From assembly GCF_964355755.1 (NCBI RefSeq), contig NC_092677.1, positions 8,888,101 through 8,952,100 on the forward strand: a DNA stretch of 64,000 nucleotides, given 5' to 3'. Made by a program: the position numbers and the translations under genes. This stretch comes from Antedon mediterranea. Taxonomy: Eukaryota > Animalia > Echinodermata. Of the stretch, positions 1 to 9,060 are shown one piece after another. The notes beneath the pieces are model-generated. The model saw nothing but the letters and a program-made list of their open reading frames with translations. It was not told the DNA's origin and did not search any database. Every line of letters starts with the position of its first letter. Within the stretch, counting starts at the first letter, position 1.

Positions 1-250
1 ATTGTGATGTCACTAGTTAGAATATTAAATATAGAATAACGATTATGCATAGGGGCCTACTCAAATCCAATTGTATTGCGATAATTTTGACATAACACAC
101 AACCTGTTTTGATGTAAGCAGGTGCAGATCTGTGTTGGGCTCTATTGCTTTACACTGTTGGGTGCACTGCCAAACAATATCAACTATTATGTTTATGTAG
201 TCTACCGGTATTGATTAAATTGAACAACCAGATTGCTTTAAATTACTTAC

Positions 251-269
251 CACCTTCCTCATCAGACAT
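251..269 (-). CDS. First coding exon (19 nt, MSDEEG+G) of a third sacsin-like paralog continuing beyond the left edge
   Basis: Minus strand ATGTCTGATGAGGAAGGTG|gtaagt. Same length (19 nt) and phase as exon 1 of the two complete paralogs (MSDDEE+G at 23700-23682, MNEEEI+G at 43017-42999). The upstream flank 274-328 resembles 23701-23748. Confidence 0.75.
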
Positions 270-457
270 TGCGTTATTTAAGATTTACAGCCTTGCTATC
301 CAACACCTAAGTATAGAATAATCATACCAAATCATTTATACGAGTTACAGAACATGTTATGTACTATTGTTTATGTTATACAGACTCCATGATTATTCTA
401 TTTCTAAATAAAGGTAGGCCTATAAATGATGTCTTAGGGCCGAATCGTCCCGCTACC

Positions 458-499
458 TCAGAGATACATCGCCAGCTAAGCGTCACGAAAATCATCGCT
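458..499. repeat. Left arm of a ~43-bp imperfect inverted repeat (right arm 2736-2778)
   Basis: Reverse complement of 458-499 aligns to 2736-2778 at about 36/43 positions. Confidence 0.6.
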
Positions 500-1620
500 T
501 ATATATATATAAACTTTATTTAGACACGAGACTGATGTGCAGTACAACTCGTTCAATCAATATTGATTGTTTTTACACAAGTTCGTGATACTGTATTACA
601 AAACAAAACAAAAATCAACACCATATAAATACAACAGAAACGAAAAAAATTGAAATTGAAAAGAAACAAAATTACAGCAGAATCCCCTTCATCTGACACC
701 TCTATTTAGGGTACACCATACCGGTACTTCCCGTGTAAACGGAAACCCTTATCGAAGTGTATAATTCATGGGGATTCAACTGTAATACATAATAAATCTT
801 TTGGATTTCATTTACCTTAAAATAATAGTGATAAAACACACATTTTAAATAGTATTTAGCCATTTTAAAAGTTGGATGTAGATCGTAGATTACCATACCA
901 TTATGTTTTACAATGCATTTTTCAGATACGTTTTAAACAACTTAACTGAATTTGGAAGGGTATCAACATTGAGACTATTCCATATAATTGCTCCACGATA
1001 AGACAGACTTCGTTTTTTAAAATCGGTTTTTGGCTTTGGGATGAATAGATGTGTATCACTGTGCCTTAGATTATAATTTATATCATTGAATGTAAATACA
1101 TTATTTAGGTAAGGTGGGGCATTATCTGTCAAAACCTTATATATAACCATACAACATTCATATCTATCTTGATAAAATAAAGGTGACCAATTAATTTGCC
1201 TTAGTGCCTCACTACTAGGTGTGTCCCATGTTAGACCACACACGATTCGAGCTGTTCTGTTTTGGATAGTTTGAACTCTTTTCATTAGAGTTTGACTACT
1301 ATTTCCCCAAATTATGTTACAATAGCTCAAGTAAGGTATTACAATAGAGTTTGCAATATGTTTTAATATGTTTTGTGGAAAATAATAGCTACATCGTCTA
1401 AGCATACCCAATCCATTTAGAGCTTTACCTCGAATGTATTCAATCTGATTTTTCCATGATAAATGTTCGTCTATTATGATACCGAGATGTTTGCAATATC
1501 GAACGCGTGGTACAACATCGTTATCTATATTAACTGATCTATTTTTTTCTTTGGTGGTTGCCAATCGGTTTGTCGATCCGATCAACATGAACTCGGATTT
1601 AGAGACATTTAGACTCAATT
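500..1620 (-). mobile_element. 5'-truncated CR1/L2-type non-LTR retrotransposon (RT C-terminal part, 3' UTR, AATAAA and (TA)n tail)
   Basis: ORF 908-1657 has LSLNVSKSEFMLIG, KHLGIIIDEHLSW, YCNIIWG, IQNRTARI, YNLR and SLSYRGAIIWNSL, typical of the L2/CR1 RT C-terminus. Homology stops at 1620 where a MITE begins. The minus-strand tail is AATAAAGTT(TA)n at ~500-520. Confidence 0.85.
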
Positions 1621-2734
1621 GGCATGTCGATAAAAGTACGGAGGCCTCACAGGACAATAACTCTATGATAGATTAAACGGTTGCTCTCTATAGAGGACGT
1701 AGTTACTAATAAATATTATTTAAAGCACGCACTAAAAATAATAATTTGCTTTATTTATTTCCCAAAGTCCGACATGAGTTTCGTATTTTTAATAAAGAAA
1801 TAATAATTATACAATTGTCCTGATTGTTGTATTCATCATTGAGGGTATCATCGTCGTGTTATATTTTTAATTTGTTCTTTCATTTTAATAGTAGAATTTC
1901 ACACAGGAAAGAAGATAAATAAGAACTGCTGACTTTTGAAGATATAAGTACTGACCAATTTTCCTCTGTTTTAGTTTATTTTACATTATGGTTTGTAGGT
2001 CAAATAAATAAATGAAATTAGAATTAGAAAAGAAAGATTTACAGTACTTCGTTCAGCCCTGAGCTACATATTGTTGATGTTATAACACAATAAACAAGAA
2101 GCTTATGACAACTTAATTTTAGTGTTGTCACTAGAAACGCTAATGTTATGATTTCCCAGTTTTAAGAATGTATAGCATATTATATAAATTAACATTTTTT
2201 ATTCACCTATGAAAGACCTCTTCAAATACATGAAAATAAGAAATTCAACAAAAACAGAATTTATTCAAATTTATTAAAATGTAATGTACAGTAATATATA
2301 ATTATAATAAAAACGTGATATGAAGCATCTTCTATCTAATTACTAGAATTTATTTTACTTCTGCTGCTGACACTGAATACACTATTTCATGTCTTTCTTT
2401 TCTTATTTTTGTTTATCTTCTTTGTGTAAATCTACTACATAAATACAAATATAACATTAAATAATGATGCAACTATTCATTTATTTATTTCAACAATATT
2501 TTACGAGGGTGGTCCATCTAGCCGAACTGATCATTATGGACCCTCACAAAAATACAATTTGATAAGACAATAACATAAATTCAAAATTAAATTAAACATT
2601 TCTAAAAATTAACCAAATTAATAATTAAACACAAACATATTTCTTTATTAAAAAACTTTAATTTGTTTCACGACGAGGGTCCTCTATAGATCGCCAAAAT
2701 TCCTGTGAGGCCTCCGTACTTTTATCGGCAGGCC
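1621..2734. mobile_element. Non-autonomous DNA transposon (MITE) with ~34-bp TIRs
   Basis: 1628-1654 is the exact reverse complement of 2701-2727 (27 bp), extendable to GGC...GCC termini. A second inverted pair lies at 1687-1698 / 2679-2690. No coding capacity; TSD unclear. Confidence 0.7.
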
Positions 2735-3381
2735 TAGCGATGATGTTCGCGAAGCTAAAGCTGGTGATGTATTTCTGAAAGGTGCTCAATTATTAATTGA
2801 TTAAAAATAGTTATAAATTTAAAAAAATATCGATTTTTTTACAATTTAATGCTTGCAGAATGTTGTAGACAACTCGTGAGTAGGTTGGATGAAGTATTGA
2901 AACAATTTTGAGAAACTGCATTACAGTATACGTTAATAGGAGTGGTGTCAAAGTCGATATAATTTGCACTTACCTATTCTTTTTTGCTTTTATTGTCGTG
3001 GTACGTGAGACTATGCCCGGATTGATTTGGAAGTTTTCTCCCCGGGTATCAAGCGTGCGAGGCTTGGCTCAAATGAATGCAATATCAAGACCAACAGAAA
3101 GACAACAAGTTGTTGATTGCCGTTATCAGACCATTTATTGTGTACAACTCCACGTCACTCAGAAAATAAAGAGAACGAAGAAAGGAAAAAACCCTGCAAA
3201 TATACAAACAAGCGTTACATAATTTCAATAACAGTCAGTTTATAACTTCACTTTACCACTGTATTACCACTATACTTAAACACACTGTGTACAAACTGGT
3301 TATCATTCAGAACAATACAATCAATTAAACGTCATTACAAATGATTAATACCTGAATCAACTTGAATGATGTATTTACTAA

Positions 3382-3778
3382 CTAAGAACGAAAGATCGTA
3401 CAGCAATCAACCATTTCTCTATAAATTGAAGTAAAGATTTGAGAACATTATATGCTTTATTTAAGTTGTATGCATGCAATTTAGTATAATAAATTAACAG
3501 GCGATGATCCGTCTATCATGCAATATAATTCTTTTTACTACTTACAATGGTAACTTCAACAACGGCTTAATAATATATATATATAACACGGTAACAAAAG
3601 TCACATCTTCCTGTGTTTGCAACAAAAGCTTTTCTGACGCGCAGACAGAAAAACCAGGTAGTTAACCAAAACATCACCTATATGCAAATGCGCCAAACAC
3701 AATGCTCGCAAAACAACTAGCAGCAAGACACTTATATGCAAATACGCAGAACGCACACGAACAACAACTGATCCATGA
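3382..3778. repeat. Left arm of 397-bp inverted repeat (3' LTR-like sequence of the Gypsy-derived element)
   Basis: Reverse complement of 6124-6520, no mismatch seen by eye. On the minus strand it follows a PPT (AAGCGGGGAA) and a TG start at 3780. Confidence 0.85.
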
Positions 3779-3975
3779 CATGTTCCCCGCTTAAAATCCT
3801 TTTGTCCCCAAAAGGAGAACCTATAAAAGAGAAGAAACATAAAAAATACAAAAAAATATAGATTCACTACACCTTCCCCGCTTGAGATCCTTTTGTCCCC
3901 AAAAGGAGAAACAAACGAAAATAGACAAGAGGAGAAGTTAACCAGCAAATTTAACAAGGCACATAACACCAGGTA

Positions 3976-6105
3976 TCATTCCAAAACAGATTTAGGGAAA
4001 CGAAAAGGATTACTATGAGTTCCTCGGGTACTACGAGTAGACCTTCTAAGAGGAACTATTGGCTCACTATCACTCAATACTGGAGGCAGGTCACAACTAA
4101 CAATAACACCGGGTATATCATCATCCGACTCAGAACTAGAACCACTATCATTGTTGTCATGATGTTCAGACCCTTCACCATTTCCATCCAGAGAAACCAC
4201 ACCACGTGGCAAAACATCGTCCAAATCACAATCAAACCTTTCCACACGAAGATTCAAACCATTCAACATTATCCCAGGAGGTATATCCAAAGCAATATCT
4301 GGTTCAGAGTTGATACTTCTATCTGCTCCAACATCCGACGATTCCCTGTTCAAAGTAGTAAAAGAGTCACAGTTAGCATGAGAACCAACATTTACATTAG
4401 GTTTAATAGATTCATTTAAAGATTGGGAAGGAACAACTATATTTATGTGTTTTAATGAGACAAGAACGTTGGACTCGTCTTCATCGATTCTCAACATTAC
4501 TTCAGATCTACTTATTTCGGGCGCAGAAGGATGCTCATCTACCAGTTGTCGCAACTCATGTAGACCACTGAAACCATGCAACTGGCGTAAAATATTACAT
4601 CCAATAAGAATCGGATAATTTACTTGCTTATTCTTAACGGCGATGTCGGAGACAACCAGGAAACTACCCTTAAGTTGCTGATCAGCAATCACAACGGGAA
4701 TTTCAATGTACCCTTCTATGGGTACCTCAACCCCACAGACCCCAATAACATTCATGAACAACCCACCAACACTACCCAGTTCACCACATTCAGGCTTTAG
4801 TATGTTATGGTATATGGATGATGGAATAATTGATGCCTCAGCTCCGGTGTCTAAAATACACCCAAGTTCAGCGGAACCAACACTCATAGTAGTACAAGGA
4901 CTTCTAGCAACTAATTTCTCGAATAACACGGTATTTTGAACATGTGAATTAGGTATAGCATTAGAAATATTTGTATCTGCACTTGCAACAGGGGCACGGA
5001 CATCGTGACATATCTGTGTATCCTTACTCTGGATACCTGATGACGATTGCGGAACAACACTCTGTTGAGAAGGATTAATAGATGAGTTATAATTGACATT
5101 TTGGTTTCTACTATACTTACTAGGACAAGCATACGCAAAATGACCTGGATTTTTACAAGTCCAACACAAACCAGGAGGGACACTACATTGGTTTCTACTA
5201 TGACCTTCGTTACCACAATTGAAACATCTACGAGAAATATTAGAACGAACATCTGAATGGAATTTAGGACGTTGAGATTGCAATAATGCACCGAATTTGT
5301 TATCAATGGTCTCATTGATTTGCTGCTTAAGAAAAGATTGCAATTCTTGTTTCATCTCAGTCAGACCGTAATCTACACACTCTACCCCGTGAATTTTTGG
5401 TTTAGTATTTACTCGTTCCCCTTTAAACAATTCTACAACCTCCTCCCTCATTTCAAGAAAGGTCTTCCCTCTGAACGCCAACTCAATTCGCTTTAATTCT
5501 CTTTTAACCCCATGGTCTCTGACCCCTTCTACTAATCTCTGCTTCAAAGTAGTATCCTGGAGGTGTTTTAAGGCTGCCTGCTCATTCCTATCTGATGCCT
5601 CAACCAACTGTGTGTATAGTTTGAGTAACTCTAGACTATAATCAGCTATTGATTCTCCCTCTAACTGACGCCTAGAATAAAAAGAAGAACTATATCCTGA
5701 AACAGTTTCTTCTGGACCAAACATAAATTTTAATATACCAATAGCACGCTTAGCATCTTTACTATTACCGGACACCATCATCTGACACCGGACTTCATCC
5801 TTTGCCTTGCCACCAAGATGACTTATCAAAGTATCATATTTTTTCCAATCTGTTAAAGAATAATGGTCACAATAGGCTTCGAAATCAATAAGCCAATCCC
5901 TTAAAGAACTCTGCCCAGGAAGTTTAGGTGTACCAAAAAACTTGGATAATTTAACAGGTGGAGGAGATTTTTGAGTGGACAAACCCTTGAAAGCATTGGT
6001 AAGAGCGGATATCATTTCACTAACATCAGTTGTCTTCGCAGCACTACCACCTTGCGCAGTCTGTTTTTTAGGCGGGGCCGCGCTTTGACCACCACCAGTC
6101 GCCAT
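3976..6105 (-). CDS. Ty3/Gypsy-type Gag-protease polyprotein (709 aa) lacking RT/RNase H/integrase core
   Basis: Capsid-like N-terminus (KLSKFFG...DWL...HLGGKAKDEVR), two CCHC knuckles (CFNCGNEGHSRNQC, CWTCKNPGHFAYAC), aspartic protease (ILDTGAEASI...ILIGCNIL), then an acidic stretch and PLRRSTRSTRG tail typical of the end of Gypsy Pol. No YxDD or DDE motifs seen. Confidence 0.88.
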   Translation of the reverse strand: MATGGGQSAAPPKKQTAQGGSAAKTTDVSEMISALTNAFKGLSTQKSPPPVKLSKFFGTPKLPGQSSLRDWLIDFEAYCDHYSLTDWKKYDTLISHLGGKAKDEVRCQMMVSGNSKDAKRAIGILKFMFGPEETVSGYSSSFYSRRQLEGESIADYSLELLKLYTQLVEASDRNEQAALKHLQDTTLKQRLVEGVRDHGVKRELKRIELAFRGKTFLEMREEVVELFKGERVNTKPKIHGVECVDYGLTEMKQELQSFLKQQINETIDNKFGALLQSQRPKFHSDVRSNISRRCFNCGNEGHSRNQCSVPPGLCWTCKNPGHFAYACPSKYSRNQNVNYNSSINPSQQSVVPQSSSGIQSKDTQICHDVRAPVASADTNISNAIPNSHVQNTVLFEKLVARSPCTTMSVGSAELGCILDTGAEASIIPSSIYHNILKPECGELGSVGGLFMNVIGVCGVEVPIEGYIEIPVVIADQQLKGSFLVVSDIAVKNKQVNYPILIGCNILRQLHGFSGLHELRQLVDEHPSAPEISRSEVMLRIDEDESNVLVSLKHINIVVPSQSLNESIKPNVNVGSHANCDSFTTLNRESSDVGADRSINSEPDIALDIPPGIMLNGLNLRVERFDCDLDDVLPRGVVSLDGNGEGSEHHDNNDSGSSSESDDDIPGVIVSCDLPPVLSDSEPIVPLRRSTRSTRGTHSNPFRFPKSVLE

Positions 6106-6123
6106 AACGAGAAAATGTGACTT

Positions 6124-6520
6124 TCATGGATCAGTTGTTGTTCGTGTGCGTTCTGCGTATTTGCATATAAGTGTCTTGCTGCTAGTTGTTTTGCGAGCAT
6201 TGTGTTTGGCGCATTTGCATATAGGTGATGTTTTGGTTAACTACCTGGTTTTTCTGTCTGCGCGTCAGAAAAGCTTTTGTTGCAAACACAGGAAGATGTG
6301 ACTTTTGTTACCGTGTTATATATATATATTATTAAGCCGTTGTTGAAGTTACCATTGTAAGTAGTAAAAAGAATTATATTGCATGATAGACGGATCATCG
6401 CCTGTTAATTTATTATACTAAATTGCATGCATACAACTTAAATAAAGCATATAATGTTCTCAAATCTTTACTTCAATTTATAGAGAAATGGTTGATTGCT
6501 GTACGATCTTTCGTTCTTAG
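6124..6520. repeat. Right arm of 397-bp inverted repeat, 18 bp upstream of the gag ATG
   Basis: Reverse complement of 3382-3778. Confidence 0.85.
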
Positions 6521-6636
6521 GGATGGGCACGTCAAACGCCAACAGTACAAACTATGTTGTAACACTGTAACACTGTTTTTGAGTTGGCCATCTCCTCCCG
6601 GTTCATCCGCCTGAATGCTTGAATATGCTGTATTGT

Positions 6637-6963
6637 ATTGATTTTTATAGGGCGTTGTCTTTATACGTAAATACAAAGCAATCACGTGACTAATTATTGA
6701 AATCAAATTACTTTATTAACCGTAAATCCGGGAAAATTTGTATTTAAAAATTTTGTTTAGCAATATTGCTAATCAAACTGATTTTTAAGTCGAGAAACAT
6801 AGTTTTGTATTGTATTTTTTGCTACACAATTTTCAAAATGTGTAGCAATAAGGTTGTTTTGTATAGCTTTTTGCTACGCTACACTGGCGAAAATGTTCCC
6901 TGTAAATGTCTTTTTAGTTGGGAATTTCCAAACCATTATGTATGGAACGCCAATAAGGACAAT
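6637..6963. promoter_or_regulatory. Conserved upstream block of the third sacsin paralog (E-box 6683-6688, kB site GGGAATTTCC 6920-6929), split by a MITE
   Basis: Homologous to 25731-25852 and 47866-48010 (attgattt..gggcgttg, cacgtga, ggRaattYcc, ttatgtat..aacgcc..ggaca). Function is inferred from motifs only. Confidence 0.55.
6728..6902. mobile_element. 175-bp MITE with C(A/C)GGGAA...TTCCCTG termini and 5-bp TSD
   Basis: Flanked by TAAAT on both sides. A second copy in opposite orientation lies at 51344-51518. Confidence 0.8.
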
Positions 6964-8147
6964 CTAGTATCGTATGCTGATGTAGCAAAACATAATTATT
7001 CCATTAGCAATTGTCTACCTTTAAATAATTTGATGATATACTATGCTAATACTTTATGCTGTACTCCATCCAGTATTACGCACATTATATAAACATTATT
7101 ACTTATACATAAAATAGAGGTTTTTTTTAATAAATTAAAAATAATATATTTTATGATATACAAGATGCACAATAATTTATAAATACTAGCATGAATTTTC
7201 GAAAATAATTTTAAAAGCTACAATTATTCTGCTATCTGATTTTTTTTTGGCCCAAATTTAGAGGTCTTCTTAAAATTGATGCACGTAAAGTAAATAGGCA
7301 TAACGTTAGAAATAGCTCATATAATATCACTCTTAATATATTTTCAAATTAATGTCTAAAAACAATAAGGATTCAATTTTGGGGTTTTTTTTTTCGCTAA
7401 ATAATTTTCCATTACTATATAGGCTACAACTGTATAGCCTGTCATGGACCAAAGAAACACCCGCATACATTAGCTGTTTATATACAAAGCATGACCTTTT
7501 ACTTCAGACTATAATAATCATAAGGCTATGATTTAAAGCCGGCCATATCGATGTTATATATTGCTTACAATATATATATATAGGTATTTATTCATAAAAA
7601 AACACATAAATAGTACAAACAGAAGGCAGCCCAACGGCTGAAAAATTCTGCAAACAACGTACAAAGTAAAAATTTAAAAGACAATACATAGAGCCATTGA
7701 TATACGGTTGCGTATGAATGTGTTTCATCCGTTTTGATTTCCAATTACAACAAGAGAACCAAATTGTTTTAAATAATCTGCACGCCTGGGTCTATCGGTA
7801 AAATCACCCATACCATATGATTGTCACAAATAGGCCTAAATGAAGTGTCCATTTAGAAAACTCTACAAATAATATTTCGTCTCCTCCATACAAACAGACA
7901 ACATCATTGATAACAAAAAACACACACATTTTTATAGAGGAAGTGATTGTTTTTATTGATTATAGTTAAACAAAACATGATTGAGTCAACTTTGATAACG
8001 TTATAGAATAATTATTTAGATTTTGTATATAAATTATGTAAATAGTTCTGTATCGGCCTAAATGACCTTCAATCAGCAATGAAAAACAAACAAAAACCTC
8101 AATGCACTACAACACACATGTCTGTGTTGGATTTAGATTGTCTGTAA

Positions 8148-8442
8148 AGTTATATTGTCCCCCTGAAAATGTTTGAAATGGTTGAATATGTCATTTTAAT
8201 GTCACATAATAGTTTGAACAAAAAAATTGATCGAAACAAATTTTCTTTTACCTGAAAAAACTGTAATTTAAAGCAAAAAATAGTTAAATTGACTGAGGTC
8301 AATGGGGTTTTGGTTGAATTTTACCGGGTTTTTTTTATTAGTGAAAACATTTAGTTTTTGTTTCAACGGAAGTGATTAACTTTATTAAAACACGAAATGG
8401 CCTATTCTTCATTTGTTCATGTTTTTGGGGGACAATACATCT
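8148..8442. mobile_element. Kolobok-like MITE (TTAA target)
   Basis: TIR AG(T)TATATTGTCCCCC...GGGGGACAATACATCT followed by TTAA. Homologous to 42547-42817. Confidence 0.7.
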
Positions 8443-9060
8443 TTAATAATTACAAAATTCAAAATTCAGTGCACGGAGTGGCGCATAATTCGCACGCCCC
8501 AGCCTCCGCCCCCACCTCCCAAATAATCTGATTTTTATCTGACAAAAATATCATCAAATTTATTTCAACATAATTATAAATGTATACTATTTTTCATAGT
8601 AATTGATATTGTATACAATTAAAAAAAAAAGAAATTACGGTAAATTTCTAACGCAAATATATATATACCTTCACTACTTCTAACCTACTACCTAAAAATT
8701 ATTTAATTTAACCACACACCCATACCTTGAAAAACAGCAGATTCAGATTCCCTGAGACATCTCTCAGAATTCGAATGGCCGATAAATAATAGTAGTAGTC
8801 AAAAGACAATATTTAAAATTAAATCAAGTTAGTGCTTCTCACAGGTAAGAATGATATTTAACTTACTTTCATATCATTCAATCAAAACAGAATAACCTCT
8901 TATACGAACATATTTCTCTCACGTTTGTACGTAAGAAAGTTAGTTAATTCAATTAATTTTAAAGCATCCATAGCCATATTATTAAAATATGCAACATAGA
9001 CTCTGTACCCATGAATTATGCTGCGTTCATTTAATCATATTATCCTCATTATTGACATAC

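Noticed and set aside
2861-3219. Possible solo LTR (TGT...AATAAA...GTTACA) and ORF 2908-3222
   Set aside because: No matching TSD or second copy in the window, and the ORF has no recognisable motif.
3601-3969. 122-aa hydrophobic ORF after gag-pro as a possible env
   Set aside because: It runs through the PPT into the LTR-like arm, has a non-ATG start, and its hydrophobicity reflects T-rich UTR sequence.
3382-6520. DIRS retroelement or TIR DNA transposon
   Set aside because: No RT, tyrosine recombinase or transposase, an aspartic protease is present, and there is no TSD outside the arms.
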